This document shows, piece by piece, positions 20,869 through 31,911 of a stretch of 64,000 nucleotides of DNA (positions are counted from its first letter, which is position 1; each line of letters opens with the position of its first letter). The position numbers and the translations under genes are program-made. Below the pieces are notes generated by a model, which saw nothing but the letters and a program-made list of their open reading frames with translations, did no database searches and was not told the origin of the DNA. Source of the DNA: a virus (lineage: Duplodnaviria; Caudoviricetes); the IMG/VR virus record IMGVR_UViG_3300049740_002155; one strand, 5' to 3'.

Positions 20869-20897
20869 ATATTATTATTTTAATTGTTAATTGTCAA
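20869..20897 (-). promoter_or_regulatory. sigma70-type promoter for the clamp operon
   Basis: minus strand TTGACA-N17-TAATAT. Confidence 0.7.
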
Positions 20898-20906
20898 TAT
20901 TTGTTT

Positions 20907-21158
20907 TCAGTCTTCTGGACTTTTTAGAATTTTCTCATAAGAAAAACCATCTTTATTTTTTGCACAATTTGTAACTAACTCTTGAACGTATTGTGATAAT
21001 ACCTGAGGTGATACTTTCTTTATTTTCTTTTCAGTTTTTATCATATCTAAGAAAGCATCATTTACTTCAAACAACATATCAGGCACACCCTCGGAGGTTT
21101 CTGTTATGTCTATTACTTCAATGTGTGGAGTTTTGCTTTTCTTATGATAATCGTCCAT
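20907..21158 (-). CDS. hypothetical protein (83 aa)
   Basis: ORF in the operon direction, overlapping the upstream stop region. Confidence 0.7.
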   Translation of the reverse strand: MDDYHKKSKTPHIEVIDITETSEGVPDMLFEVNDAFLDMIKTEKKIKKVSPQVLSQYVQELVTNCAKNKDGFSYEKILKSPED

Positions 21159-21522
21159 CGGTAATCATGCTTCTTATTTGAACTGGTATTATTTCTATAT
21201 CATTACCTTTTGTATTTTTCAGTGTAATCGAATGATTGTTTAGTTTTGCTTCCATGAAACTTTCTATATCAAAGAAATATAATTTATCTTTGATTGAAAT
21301 CTCCAAGATTCTATCTGATGGTTTCATGCTTTTAATATCCAATAATGTATGATTGCAAATTTTATTATTAATTGTAATTGCATGGCATTCCATCAATGCA
21401 GAGTACATTGCATAAAACTTTTTTTCTCGTTTCAATTCAAATATAGAACTAAATCCAGAAGCATATTTTTTATGTCTATCTGTATAATCTTCTTCTATAT
21501 CAAATAAATCTTCGTAAAACAT
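21142..21522 (-). CDS. hypothetical protein (126 aa)
   Basis: directly follows the consensus promoter at 21529-21557. Confidence 0.7.
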   Translation of the reverse strand: MFYEDLFDIEEDYTDRHKKYASGFSSIFELKREKKFYAMYSALMECHAITINNKICNHTLLDIKSMKPSDRILEISIKDKLYFFDIESFMEAKLNNHSITLKNTKGNDIEIIPVQIRSMITDGRLS

Positions 21523-21528
21523 GAATAT

Positions 21529-21557
21529 ATTATATTATATATGTATATATTCGTCAA
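21529..21557 (-). promoter_or_regulatory. sigma70-type promoter
   Basis: minus strand TTGACG-N17-TATAAT. Confidence 0.75.
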
Positions 21558-21560
21558 CCA

Positions 21561-22679
21561 TTATTTCAATAATTGATCGGGGTTGAGTGGAATTAAATCA
21601 TTAACAACGAACTCTCCGTCTTTACGAATAAGTTCATCATCAAAGTAAATTTCACCTCCACCATAATCTGGTCGTTGAATCTTCACCATGTCCCAATGAA
21701 CTTGTGAATCGTTTCCGTTGCTCGCATCGTCATAGCATTGTCCAGGTGTGAAATGAAAACTACCACCAATTTTTTCGTCAAATAAAATATCACGCATTGG
21801 ATGTGTAACATATGGATTGAATCCAATAGCAAACTCACCAATGTATCTTGCTCCATCGTCACTATCAAGAATTTCATTTAGTGCTTCGGTGCTTGAATTG
21901 CTATTTGCATAAGCATCAATAATCTTTCCTTTATTAAATTCTAACTTAATTCCGTCAAAGTCAATTCCACGATAAATTGTTGGGGCATTGAACTGAATGT
22001 GACCATATACACTATCTTTAATTGGACAACTAAATACTTCTCCATCTGGTATATTATGAGTACCACCACAAGCAACTGCACCAATTCCCTTTATAGAGAA
22101 TCGCAAATCTGTGTCATCACCTTTAATGTGAACTTTATCTGCGTTCTGCATTCTCTTTTGCAGATTGCTCATACCAGGATTAAATTTAGCATAATCAAAT
22201 GTACAAACATCAAAGTAAAAGTTTTCAAATGCTTCGGTACTCATATTTGCTTGTTGTGCCATAGCAGGATGCGGCCATCTTAAAATACACCATTTGGTTT
22301 CGTTTACACGATAATCAAGATAAGGTTTGGTAATCTTAGACATCATTGTTTTAATATCTGGATCAACATCACTTGTTTCGTATATATTATGAGAACCTGC
22401 GATAGCAATATAAGCATCCATTTCTTGAATCTTAGGCATACTGAACTTCATAAAGGTTTCCATTTGTTCTTTGGTTGCATGAAGCATAATTTCACGACCT
22501 ATGCGACTTTGTGAGGTTTGTACAAAAGGAATTCCTCCATATTCACGAACTGCACGAACAAGTGCAATCGTCATATTCTCTGGTACTTCGGTGTTGTCTA
22601 TTAAAACCTTTTCACCTTTCTTTAAAGATACACTATGCCTTACAAGAAGGTCTGCTAATTTTGTATAGTTCTGTTCCAT
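21561..22679 (-). CDS. M29 family aminopeptidase (AmpS/PepS-like)
   Basis: [33 protein letters not shown] and SQVHWDM metal-ligand motifs. Confidence 0.92.
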   Translation of the reverse strand: MEQNYTKLADLLVRHSVSLKKGEKVLIDNTEVPENMTIALVRAVREYGGIPFVQTSQSRIGREIMLHATKEQMETFMKFSMPKIQEMDAYIAIAGSHNIYETSDVDPDIKTMMSKITKPYLDYRVNETKWCILRWPHPAMAQQANMSTEAFENFYFDVCTFDYAKFNPGMSNLQKRMQNADKVHIKGDDTDLRFSIKGIGAVACGGTHNIPDGEVFSCPIKDSVYGHIQFNAPTIYRGIDFDGIKLEFNKGKIIDAYANSNSSTEALNEILDSDDGARYIGEFAIGFNPYVTHPMRDILFDEKIGGSFHFTPGQCYDDASNGNDSQVHWDMVKIQRPDYGGGEIYFDDELIRKDGEFVVNDLIPLNPDQLLK

Positions 22680-22719
22680 AATGATTTATATTTTATATAT
22701 TTATGTATGTATATACAAG

Positions 22720-24135
22720 TTAAAATGCAAAGAATTCTTTGCTTTTATTTTTTTCACTTGCTTGTGTAGGACTCTCTGCATCATTTACTCGTGTTTTGGC
22801 AATAATAGCATAATCCTTTTCTTTTTCAATTCCGATATATTTTCTATCAAGCAGTTTGGCCGCAATACAAGTTGTTCCACTTCCAACAAACGGATCAACA
22901 ACAACATCATTTTCACGACTTCCAAGTGTTACTAAATAACTCATAAGTTCAATAGGTTTGACAGTTGGATGAACGTTTTGTTTTTCCGTGACAAATCTAC
23001 CGGTAACATCGTGGTCGATTTTGCTATTGCTCATATCTTCTGCATTTCTTCTTCCTGGCATTGATGAACTTTTCTTTTTGGGAAGATGTTCAAGACCTTT
23101 GTTTTTTTCTGCTTTGCTTGCTTTTGCGACAATCATAAAAGGAAATGTCTTTTGAACACTTTTGGGTAATTTATGTATTTGTGATTTCCACCAAGAATCC
23201 AAATCGTAAAAACGAGAAAATGATCCTTCGTCTCCGTAAGTTCTTCCGGCAGGTTTGCCTGTACTTTCTTGCCAAATACCACCAGATGCACTTCCACTAT
23301 CTGTGTGTTTTCCTTTGCTTCGTTTTACTCCATCATTAAGTACATCATCTTGTACAATCAAATTGGCTGCAAATCTTCCGTCTGGTTTGTCGTAACCAAT
23401 TTGTTCCCCACTTGAATAAACTCCAGTATTTTCTCCGTGGAATCCACCACGATCATCACTTTGTTTATTTTGAGATTCGGATTGATCATCTTCGTTTTTG
23501 TAAGGAATTCTACAATCGTCCAACCAAGTAATTCCTTTGCCATTTTTCATTGCTTGTTCAATGGTGGTTTTTTCTGTGATTGGTTTCATTGCAACAAGTA
23601 CAACTTCTACCGCAGGTTTTGGTTGATAACCAACATAAGAACCTTCAAGTGCTTTTGCTTCATCGGATGCAGGTTCAGTTATATCGGGTGTTCTTCTTTC
23701 TTGCGTGTCACTATCCTTCCAATTGTTATATGTAGTTAGTTCTTGGTTGCCTTCAGGAGTTTTGTATTTTCCAATAACTTTTCTTTTTTTACCAAGTTGC
23801 TTGTCCACCGTCTTTCCTACATTATGTGCTTTTGGAAATCCTGTTGCGTATGTCCAATAAATCGGAGTGAATCCGATATTGAATCCTGCATCTTCTAAAC
23901 GAACCATCATACGACTTTGTACATCTGAACGAGGTGCTGACATAACGAAGCAGAATCCTCCTGGTTTCAAAACTCGTAGACACTCTTGCCAAATTTCTAA
24001 TGCAGGAACTGCTTTGTCCCAATCACGATTCATAAACGAATAACCATAAGGTGGGTCTGTGCAGATCAAGTCTACCGATTCATCCTCAAGTTTCTTGAGA
24101 ACTTTCAAACTATCTCCATTGATTATTTTATTCAT
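22720..24135 (-). CDS. DNA amino-methyltransferase, beta class (N6-A/N4-C)
   Basis: motif IV DLICTDPPY precedes HPTVKP and motif I DPFVGSGTT; start MNKIINGDSL (24135). Confidence 0.92.
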   Translation of the reverse strand: MNKIINGDSLKVLKKLEDESVDLICTDPPYGYSFMNRDWDKAVPALEIWQECLRVLKPGGFCFVMSAPRSDVQSRMMVRLEDAGFNIGFTPIYWTYATGFPKAHNVGKTVDKQLGKKRKVIGKYKTPEGNQELTTYNNWKDSDTQERRTPDITEPASDEAKALEGSYVGYQPKPAVEVVLVAMKPITEKTTIEQAMKNGKGITWLDDCRIPYKNEDDQSESQNKQSDDRGGFHGENTGVYSSGEQIGYDKPDGRFAANLIVQDDVLNDGVKRSKGKHTDSGSASGGIWQESTGKPAGRTYGDEGSFSRFYDLDSWWKSQIHKLPKSVQKTFPFMIVAKASKAEKNKGLEHLPKKKSSSMPGRRNAEDMSNSKIDHDVTGRFVTEKQNVHPTVKPIELMSYLVTLGSRENDVVVDPFVGSGTTCIAAKLLDRKYIGIEKEKDYAIIAKTRVNDAESPTQASEKNKSKEFFAF

Positions 24136-25024
24136 AACTAAAAAACTTATTTGAGTTAACACGAAGCTCGTCTTGCTCACAATAATCGGGTATTTCATAT
24201 TCACCTTTTTTGCGAAAAACCATAATATATTCGTGTATTTTACTTGTGTATCTTTTGCTTGCTACTTTCGCACATTGAACATAAGCAAACGGACTAAGAT
24301 TCTTCATAATAATTGTATCGTGGTGAATCATTCCTTCGTTTACAAATGCAGTAATCAAGTCCGAATGAAAACTACGAAGACCACTACCTGTCATATCTCT
24401 CCAATCTGAAACAACCCATACGCAAAATGCTCCTGGTTTCAAAACACGATTTATATTTTTACCACACTTTTGAATTTGAGTCATAAAGTCTTCGTATGTT
24501 TCACATTCACTTAATTGATTTTTTGCAGTTTCGTATTTTTCAAGATTGTGATACGGAGGACAAGTAAATACCAAATCAGCAGTTTCATTTCGTGTATATA
24601 ACATCTCTGTTCCATCACAATTAAAAAGTTTGGGTGATACCTTGAACTTTTTAAAATGTTTCATACAACGATCATATGTTTGCTTTGATACTTCGTAACC
24701 TTGATAGTTACGACCAAGTTTACTTGCAACCATAGCACGTGTAGCACGACCTGAAAATGGGTCTACGATTACACTTCCACGCATACTCCAATAACGAAGA
24801 ATTTGCTCTGCTAATCCTGCGTGAAACTCACTGAATCTAAGACCAGGAAGATTCTCTGCATCTTTACTTCTTTTTGTTTCACGAATTCCATCATCAAGAT
24901 ATGCTTCCGGCCATTGTTCACGGTGATCACGACTTGGTTCTAATACACTCAAAGGCAACCAACCGAATTGTTCGTCAATTCTACAATCTTTTCTGATTGG
25001 AAGTATTTGATTATAGTTTGCCAT
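24128..25024 (-). CDS. DNA amino-methyltransferase-like protein with variant motif IV (TCPPY)
   Basis: IVDPFSGRATR (motif I), then ADLVFTCPPYHNLEKY; LKPGAF. Confidence 0.8.
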   Translation of the reverse strand: MANYNQILPIRKDCRIDEQFGWLPLSVLEPSRDHREQWPEAYLDDGIRETKRSKDAENLPGLRFSEFHAGLAEQILRYWSMRGSVIVDPFSGRATRAMVASKLGRNYQGYEVSKQTYDRCMKHFKKFKVSPKLFNCDGTEMLYTRNETADLVFTCPPYHNLEKYETAKNQLSECETYEDFMTQIQKCGKNINRVLKPGAFCVWVVSDWRDMTGSGLRSFHSDLITAFVNEGMIHHDTIIMKNLSPFAYVQCAKVASKRYTSKIHEYIMVFRKKGEYEIPDYCEQDELRVNSNKFFSYE

Positions 25025-27531
25025 TAGAAAGCAAAAAACTTTTGAGCAGTTGCAAGATTCTCACTTGCAAAGTCCCAACTAAGTGCATCGTAAAAGTCAC
25101 GCAACTTTCCTTCAAGTTCTCGTTCAAACAATTTATCTTTATCTGCATACTTCTCAATAAACTCCATAAGTTGTGGTGGGTCTTCATAACCACGAAACGC
25201 AAGTGCATCTAAACCAAGTTCATTGTTCTTCAAATAAATCCACTTAATTTTTTCACCATTACGAATAGGTTCACTTTGTATTTTAAACTTTTTGAGAAAC
25301 TGATTGTGAATGATACTTGATTTAACGTGTGCGGGTGTACTTTTTGCACACTCACCCATAACTGCACCTTTATCCATCATCTTTACATACTTGGATATAT
25401 TTTTAACTGCACTCGTCTTTGCAATATCATCAACCGACTCGTTCTTAACTTGCTTTTTGAGTGTAACAATCTTTTCATCAATTTCTTCTTTCGGTACATC
25501 CTTCAAAATATCTTTGAGGATTTCCGTCATAAACTTACGAAACCGAGTTGGAAAACTACTACGCACAACATCAAGACCTTTAACTTCCAATTCGTCACAA
25601 GTAACACCGTTGTTGTTGATAATCCATTGTGCATATCGTTTCTTTGCCAACCACATACTTGCTTTGGCAATCACTTCTTGTTTAATGTCATAACGATGCT
25701 CTTCAATGTTGAAGAAACGTTTTGCCATAACATCATAACTTTTATTGATGAAGTTTTGTACATCACCCGCAACTTCAAGAATTGCAGTTGCCATTTCGTC
25801 ATCGTTCTTTACATCAACGTGAGGCATCGTTTTTTCTACGATAGGCAATGCTGAAAAGAAAACCGAGTCGGTATCAATGTATATACAATGATCTTCTGTA
25901 TCACCAAGTGTTTTATTGTAATAGTGATTCGCAATCTTGCGACTAAACTTAATCACGGACACACCTGTGGTCGTAACTGCTTCTGCATTGTCCACATCAT
26001 AAAACCGAAAAATAGGCAAACCAAGAACACCATACAACGAATTAAGAAGAATCTTTTGCACGTGCTGACGTCTTTTATAGAACACATACTTTGCATCGTC
26101 ACCTGAGTTACCATACTCTTTCATTTTGTTCTTGAACTCAACACGTTGGTTGAACCATTGATCAAGAATCGCAGGAATAAGTCCGACCTTATTCTTGGTA
26201 TACATAACTCCGTTGCTACTGATAGAAAGATTGTTATCTTTTAGAAATGCCTTGAACTCATCTGCTGAATATGTTTCTCCACGAAATCCAACTTCGGTTT
26301 GTTCTCCGTCACAAAACTTCTCGGGACTCCAATTATCAACAACACCCACTTTGGTTTCTGGTGAAATATTCGTGGACATAATAATAGATGGATACAGAGA
26401 AGTTAAATCCAAGTCAAACACCCACTTGTATTTGCCAGGTGTCGGTGCAGCCACATATGCTCCACTAAACTTCTTGGATTCGTCACCTTTAATTTCATTG
26501 AATCGTTCACGACCATTTGGGTCTTTATTTGGTGCGACAAGATTGTGTCTGCGAAGATAAGTAAGCAATGCACCTTCAAGATAACGAGACGAAAATAAAA
26601 TGTCTTCATACGGAACGTGTCCAACGTGACAAATGCTACGAGTCAATTCAATGAGTTCCATCTTTCTATCAATCTCAACAACAATCTTTACGTCGTTCAA
26701 ATTGTATTCAATGAACTTCTCAATATCTTGTGAAAACAAATCATCAAGATTACCTTCGTATTCAACTTTACCAATACCAACTTCTTTACGACCAATTGCA
26801 TCCAAACGATAACTTGGTTCAACACTAAATGTAAAGTTCTTGTATAACGCAAGATAATCCAAGCAACTAACACCTGCAATAACAATACGTTTCTTGAACT
26901 GATGATAATATGCGTGTCCAATAGGACTCAAACGATTTGCATCACCTTGCCCTAAAACTCTTGCGAGTCTACGATACAAATAAGGAACGTCAAAGTAATC
27001 AATGTTCCAACCGGTCAATATTGTCGGACTAATCTCTTGATAAAAATCAAGAAAGTGTTCAAGCATTGCTCGTTCTGTATCATAAGAATAAACCGAAACT
27101 TCATCATTAGAATAGTCGGTGATTTTATCTTCCTTGTCTAAAACAAGAACCACATAGTTATTAGAACAACTATCGTGATACGCAATGGAAGTAATAGGAT
27201 TGTTTGCTCGTTCTGTGTCAGGCAACTCTCCTTCCATACTAACCTCAATATCGAAGTTTAATACACAATGACCTGTACTTGGTTCATCGTCATCTTCGTA
27301 CAAATCAATTAAATTACGTGTTTCAATCGGAACATCTGATTCAAACAAACCTTCGTCTTCATAACGATACTTAGTTACCTTTTCTAACTTGTCACCATAC
27401 ATACTACGATACATTCCGTTCGGAGACTTTCTGTATGCGTATGGTTTGTTTTTGTAGGTTACTAAACCTTGTTTATCATCCCACAAATAAATTGTGTTGT
27501 TCTTTTTGCTTACGAATATATTTTGGTACAT
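25024..27531 (-). CDS. gp43: family B DNA polymerase (T4 gp43-like)
   Basis: exonuclease motifs FDIE, GWNIDYFD, YNLND; polymerase motifs DLTSLYPS, KILLNSLYG, YIDTDS; no intein-sized insertion. Confidence 0.97.
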   Translation of the reverse strand: MYQNIFVSKKNNTIYLWDDKQGLVTYKNKPYAYRKSPNGMYRSMYGDKLEKVTKYRYEDEGLFESDVPIETRNLIDLYEDDDEPSTGHCVLNFDIEVSMEGELPDTERANNPITSIAYHDSCSNNYVVLVLDKEDKITDYSNDEVSVYSYDTERAMLEHFLDFYQEISPTILTGWNIDYFDVPYLYRRLARVLGQGDANRLSPIGHAYYHQFKKRIVIAGVSCLDYLALYKNFTFSVEPSYRLDAIGRKEVGIGKVEYEGNLDDLFSQDIEKFIEYNLNDVKIVVEIDRKMELIELTRSICHVGHVPYEDILFSSRYLEGALLTYLRRHNLVAPNKDPNGRERFNEIKGDESKKFSGAYVAAPTPGKYKWVFDLDLTSLYPSIIMSTNISPETKVGVVDNWSPEKFCDGEQTEVGFRGETYSADEFKAFLKDNNLSISSNGVMYTKNKVGLIPAILDQWFNQRVEFKNKMKEYGNSGDDAKYVFYKRRQHVQKILLNSLYGVLGLPIFRFYDVDNAEAVTTTGVSVIKFSRKIANHYYNKTLGDTEDHCIYIDTDSVFFSALPIVEKTMPHVDVKNDDEMATAILEVAGDVQNFINKSYDVMAKRFFNIEEHRYDIKQEVIAKASMWLAKKRYAQWIINNNGVTCDELEVKGLDVVRSSFPTRFRKFMTEILKDILKDVPKEEIDEKIVTLKKQVKNESVDDIAKTSAVKNISKYVKMMDKGAVMGECAKSTPAHVKSSIIHNQFLKKFKIQSEPIRNGEKIKWIYLKNNELGLDALAFRGYEDPPQLMEFIEKYADKDKLFERELEGKLRDFYDALSWDFASENLATAQKFFAF

Positions 27532-27539
27532 TGAATACT

Positions 27540-27568
27540 ATCGTATCTTAATTTATATAAAAAGTCAA
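27540..27568 (-). promoter_or_regulatory. sigma70-type promoter for the DNA polymerase gene
   Basis: minus strand TTGACT-N17-TACGAT. Confidence 0.6.
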
Positions 27569-28092
27569 GCACCTGTGCTTCCAAAACCACCGTTTCCTCG
27601 GTCTGTCTCTGACAATTCTTCTACGACTTCAAATTCAACTTTATGCGTTTCTGCAATTACAAGTTGTGCAATGCGTTCACCTTTTTTATATATCTTCTCC
27701 ATATTAACATTTGTTAACATAGGAACTTGGGTACAATGACCTTTAATTTTTGCATAAATATCTTCTGGTTGAGTAATATACTTAAAACGAATAAGTAACT
27801 CTCCACGATAACCTGCATCAATCAATCCAATTGAATTCGCAAGCATAAGATTTTTATTGCTGATACTACTTCTTGGAAAAATATTAGTATGATAAACTTT
27901 ATCATCAACACACGGTTCTATATACAAGTCTGTGTGGTATTGTATATAATCTATTCGTGACCAAGCCTGTGCTTCTTCGTCATATTCACCAGAAATTGCT
28001 GGATGTGATGATGCAACTAAATCATAACCCACATCGTATTGCGTTAAATTTTTTGGTACAATAGTTCCAGTATTTTTTATCTTAATTTTCAT
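27565..28092 (-). CDS. dut: trimeric dUTPase
   Basis: DVGYDL, FPRSSIS, GLIDAGYRGE, ERIAQL, RGNGGFGSTG. Confidence 0.95.
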   Translation of the reverse strand: MKIKIKNTGTIVPKNLTQYDVGYDLVASSHPAISGEYDEEAQAWSRIDYIQYHTDLYIEPCVDDKVYHTNIFPRSSISNKNLMLANSIGLIDAGYRGELLIRFKYITQPEDIYAKIKGHCTQVPMLTNVNMEKIYKKGERIAQLVIAETHKVEFEVVEELSETDRGNGGFGSTGA

Positions 28093-28558
28093 TTAGATAT
28101 AATACTGCATCTTCAAAGGTGTTGACAACCTTAATATTATTTTCTTTTGCTTCGTGTTCAAGCATCCCTCTCCAAAATTTAATTGTTGCCCACATATGAT
28201 TCTGATTTATTTCCAACAAATTTTGCTTATGTCGTTCTTCATCAATAGTTACAAGAACATCAGGTTTAATAGACCATTCCCAAAAACTTCTTGCACTCCA
28301 CACTTCTGGTATACTTAAAATTACATCATTTTCATTTGTATAATTCTCAAGAACTTTCCAAGAATCACGTGAAAACTGAACTGCGAGTTCATGTTCATCA
28401 ATTAAAGATGAAGAATATATTTTGTCGGAAAACTCTTTTTTGTCAAAATGAGATGGCCAACCAATTGCTTCTCCGATTATTTTATCACAATCTACGAAAT
28501 TAAGTGATTTACTATGATAGGTTTTTCCTGAATGTCTAACTGCTGATAATATTTTCAT
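28082..28558 (-). CDS. hypothetical protein, possible small P-loop kinase
   Basis: N-terminal ILSAVRHSGKT followed by FVDCD; degenerate Walker A. Confidence 0.5.
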   Translation of the reverse strand: MKILSAVRHSGKTYHSKSLNFVDCDKIIGEAIGWPSHFDKKEFSDKIYSSSLIDEHELAVQFSRDSWKVLENYTNENDVILSIPEVWSARSFWEWSIKPDVLVTIDEERHKQNLLEINQNHMWATIKFWRGMLEHEAKENNIKVVNTFEDAVLYLNEN

Positions 28559-28895
28559 CTGGGTAATATTTGTTTATTAATTTTACGATAATATCTCCGT
28601 GACAAGGTTTGGGTTTGCACCAGCATCCTAATCGTTTTCCTTTTAATCCTTTAAGTGCTTCTAATAGTTTAGGAGACGATTCTAAATATTCCTCGTAACT
28701 TTGTATTGCTTCTGATTTGCTTCTGACTAAATACTTGGCAAGAGTTCCTTTTTTTGAGGAATACGGATTACCCCACAAAGAAGGCCTTCCAATATAAACA
28801 TCATATTCGGACTTTTTGCAATGTACTATTTGCGTTGTATTTGTTGTCGTTTCTAAGTTAGAATAAAATGATAAATTAACTGCTTTTTTTGTCAT
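28536..28895 (-). CDS. DUF4326-like protein
   Basis: VHCKK..YDVYIGRPSLWGNPY...LKGKRLGCWCKPKPCHGD. Confidence 0.85.
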   Translation of the reverse strand: MTKKAVNLSFYSNLETTTNTTQIVHCKKSEYDVYIGRPSLWGNPYSSKKGTLAKYLVRSKSEAIQSYEEYLESSPKLLEALKGLKGKRLGCWCKPKPCHGDIIVKLINKYYPDENIISS

Positions 28896-29217
28896 CCAAA
28901 TCTATATCAGTATCTTTATCAAAATTTTCTATGTCGGTGAATAATTCTTTTACAAAATCAAACTCTAATTGCTGATTTTGGAATTCTGGTTGATTTACAT
29001 CTGCGTAACTTGTATTTGTTGGATTATTATTTTCATCAACAAATTCAAGGTGACCATCAAAATGAAATCCAGCACCTCTTAAAAACAATTCAAATGCATT
29101 TAATACTTCTCCAAGAGTTTCATCTGCGGTTGTATGTCTTGTTCTTGAAACAAGATTATCATCAGAATCTCTCCAAGTATAATCAAATGTGAATTTTGCT
29201 GTATTATCGTATTTCAT
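28876..29217 (-). CDS. hypothetical phage protein (113 aa)
   Basis: ORF with TATTTAT upstream; LNAFELFLRGAGFHFDG segment. Confidence 0.75.
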   Translation of the reverse strand: MKYDNTAKFTFDYTWRDSDDNLVSRTRHTTADETLGEVLNAFELFLRGAGFHFDGHLEFVDENNNPTNTSYADVNQPEFQNQQLEFDFVKELFTDIENFDKDTDIDLDDKKSS

Positions 29218-29259
29218 ATATACATAAATATATACACAATAATACCAAACGTAAAGTCT

Positions 29260-29469
29260 TTATTTTTTAGGAATCGTATGAATTGTAGATGCCTTTATTA
29301 TTAATTGCAAATATAATTGCAAAAATGCTACACCTAACCAATTCCATAATGTATATTCAATGTTCAATTGAAAAACAATATTGACCGACCAAATAAATCC
29401 AAGTGGTAAAATAATTAGACCAAGAATACCTGCAAGAAATGTTGCTAATTTAGTTGTATCTATTTCCAT
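29260..29469 (-). CDS. small membrane protein (two predicted TM segments)
   Basis: hydrophobic stretches LATFLAGILGLIILPLGFIWSV and LWNWLGVAFLQLYLQLII. Confidence 0.7.
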   Translation of the reverse strand: MEIDTTKLATFLAGILGLIILPLGFIWSVNIVFQLNIEYTLWNWLGVAFLQLYLQLIIKASTIHTIPKK

Positions 29470-29474
29470 CTGTA

Positions 29475-29765
29475 TTACTTTTTTATTTCACAAATTTTTT
29501 CATGCAACAATTTTACATCATCGCAAGTCATCCCAAATATTGCTTCAACCCCTTCGACCATTTTTGTAAAGTTTATGAGTGTACCAATTTCTCTTGGGTC
29601 ACCTTCGGATTCTGTTATTTTGTATTTTAGGTCCAGTGTATCATCCTGAACTTCTTCAAGTTTACACAATGTCATATGCTCGTACAACGCAACAAAGTCA
29701 TCAACGGAGCAAGTCGTTAAAAAGTCAAGAGACTCTTGTTCAATTCTATTTTCTTCGGAATCCAT
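29475..29765 (-). CDS. hypothetical acidic protein (96 aa)
   Basis: ORF with TATTTATA upstream (29796-29803). Confidence 0.7.
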   Translation of the reverse strand: MDSEENRIEQESLDFLTTCSVDDFVALYEHMTLCKLEEVQDDTLDLKYKITESEGDPREIGTLINFTKMVEGVEAIFGMTCDDVKLLHEKICEIKK

Positions 29766-29823
29766 TTTTATTTTCTAGTTAAGGTTATGTATTTATATAA
29801 ATATATATTATAATCAACAAATG

Positions 29824-31050
29824 TCAATTCTTTTTCCAAATCCAAATTGGTTCTGCGAATGCAACATCTTTATTTTCTTCGGTAATTTCTTTGAGGTCTT
29901 CCGAGAAATATTCACTCTTGGCATTACCTGCTCCACCTGAATTAAATCGTTTCGTCATTTCCATTCCAACGCAACCAAGATATTCAAGACCTTGTGATTT
30001 AATAAAGTCATTCATTGGATTTGTGATTTCAACATAGTCGTTGATAGGAGCATTGAATACATCTGCAATGTTGATGGCAAGAATACCATTCTTCTTTATT
30101 GCCGGAATTATCTTACCGAGGGTGGTGTGAAGAAACTTCTCGTTCCAATCATCTATCTTTTTATATCGTACCCAAGATTGCGTATCATCTTCTGAATACT
30201 TTTCTGTATTAAAATAAGGTGGACTTGTAAACACCGTATCAAAGTAATTTTCATATTGGGAGTAATCTACGTCTTCGGCAGGACTTTCTATTAAGTCTGC
30301 TTTTCTATTCTGTTCAAAAAAGGTAGAATACTTTTCATAGAACTGAATTTGCTTTTGGTAATTAGGATGGTTAAGTGTATTGGGATCAATTCCAACATAA
30401 TGCTCTGTGGTTTCACCTGTATAAAATCCCGCTAATCTATCTCCCCAACCTGCACTAAAGTCTAATACGTTCTTGCTTTGAAAGTGATCATAAAATGCTT
30501 TTGCTACTGCTGGTTTGAATTGTGATGCGACATACTTACGAAGGGTCGTAGCAACACGAAGAGTATTAACATCAACACGATTAAGAACTTTATCCAATGT
30601 CCAATAAGCACGAACAATTGTTTTGATTCCTTTCACCGTCTGCCAAGTTTTCCAACCACTTGGTGTTCTTGTCCAGTCTACTTTCCAACGAGTTTCTACA
30701 TGAAATGGATTAGAAGCATTGTTACCCGAGTTGTTTCTTTTCAATAGAAACTGAGAATCTTTGTAGTTAAGGTGGTAGTTGCTTTTTCTTTCATTGCGAG
30801 GAAACCACTTTTTTTCTACAAGCACATCATTGTGCTTTATTCCTTTTAACTTGTTCAAACTATCAAGAGTTTGCTTATCCGTAATCTCGGGTAAAGGAGC
30901 AGGATATGTGTGTAATACTTTAGCAAGTTCTTCTACAACATCTTCTTTATCATACTTTTGCATGATATCTTTCCATTCATCTTCTTCAATTAGAAGGTAT
31001 GGTTTCATGTTGTAGAACTTTTTAAAATGTTCTTTTAAGTCAACACACAT
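29824..31050 (-). CDS. SPPY-type DNA amino-methyltransferase-like protein, paralogue of 39206..40795
   Basis: ASQFKPAVAK, VLDFSAGWGDRLAG, YVGIDPN, FDTVFTSPPYFNTEKYS. Confidence 0.85.
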   Translation of the reverse strand: MCVDLKEHFKKFYNMKPYLLIEEDEWKDIMQKYDKEDVVEELAKVLHTYPAPLPEITDKQTLDSLNKLKGIKHNDVLVEKKWFPRNERKSNYHLNYKDSQFLLKRNNSGNNASNPFHVETRWKVDWTRTPSGWKTWQTVKGIKTIVRAYWTLDKVLNRVDVNTLRVATTLRKYVASQFKPAVAKAFYDHFQSKNVLDFSAGWGDRLAGFYTGETTEHYVGIDPNTLNHPNYQKQIQFYEKYSTFFEQNRKADLIESPAEDVDYSQYENYFDTVFTSPPYFNTEKYSEDDTQSWVRYKKIDDWNEKFLHTTLGKIIPAIKKNGILAINIADVFNAPINDYVEITNPMNDFIKSQGLEYLGCVGMEMTKRFNSGGAGNAKSEYFSEDLKEITEENKDVAFAEPIWIWKKN

Positions 31051-31872
31051 TTAGTCAGAGTTTTCAATTTTATTTTGAGTAGACGTGACATCTGACTCCT
31101 TCAGTATTGATTCGGTTATCTCTTCAGGTTCGTCTTGGTGATCTGTGATTATAGTTTCGGAAAAACTTCCACTTGAATTTTTATCAGTACCCTGTTGTGC
31201 TTTTTTTAATTTATTTTCGTTGTGTGCTTTTAGTTTCTGTGTAATATAGTCATCAACTTCATCGTTGTTGCCACCTGGCATACCATTTACACTTTCTCCA
31301 TTGGCTGCTCTGATTATCGCTTGTTGAGATAAACCATCAGAGGTTTGTGCTCGTTTATTCATTTCAGGATACTGATCACCATATCGTGTTCTATCTACTA
31401 CTAAATCCTGTGGGGTGTTTTGTTTGGGTTTTATGTCGTTGGTTTTGTTTTTTGAATCTACTATCTGTACATTAGTTTGCTCTACAACTAAATTTGAGAT
31501 TGGATTCTTTTCAACTGACTTACTTTCTTCATTGATTGGTTCACTCTTTTTACTCAAGAGATCAGCAATTTCTTCTTTGGATACTTCGGATTTAGTAGAA
31601 TCGTTTGATTTAGTTATTATGTCATTTGAAGTAACTGATATAGTATCAAACTCAGAACCATCTTTTATTCTTTCTTTTGTTGACTGCTCAAGTTTTTTTT
31701 GAAACATTGACAAAAGTCCAGATGTATCGTTGAAACTTTTTTCATACTTTTCTTTGTCTGAGTTATGCTGTTGTTGTGCGTGTTTCATTGCATCTTGCTC
31801 AACGGAACTCGTATGCTCATTTTTATTTTGAGCAACTTTTTCAAAGTTTTGATCTAGGTTTTCAAATGACAT
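31051..31872 (-). CDS. hypothetical low-complexity hydrophilic protein (273 aa)
   Basis: S/E/K/N/D-rich ORF with TATTTATA upstream (31877-31884). Confidence 0.75.
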   Translation of the reverse strand: MSFENLDQNFEKVAQNKNEHTSSVEQDAMKHAQQQHNSDKEKYEKSFNDTSGLLSMFQKKLEQSTKERIKDGSEFDTISVTSNDIITKSNDSTKSEVSKEEIADLLSKKSEPINEESKSVEKNPISNLVVEQTNVQIVDSKNKTNDIKPKQNTPQDLVVDRTRYGDQYPEMNKRAQTSDGLSQQAIIRAANGESVNGMPGGNNDEVDDYITQKLKAHNENKLKKAQQGTDKNSSGSFSETIITDHQDEPEEITESILKESDVTSTQNKIENSD

Positions 31873-31911
31873 GGTATATAAATATGTATATACAAATCAA
31901 ATAATTTAGAA

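Noticed and set aside
25024-27531. Intein or intron in the DNA polymerase
   Set aside because: An uninterrupted 835 aa ORF with normal motif spacing and no splicing motifs.
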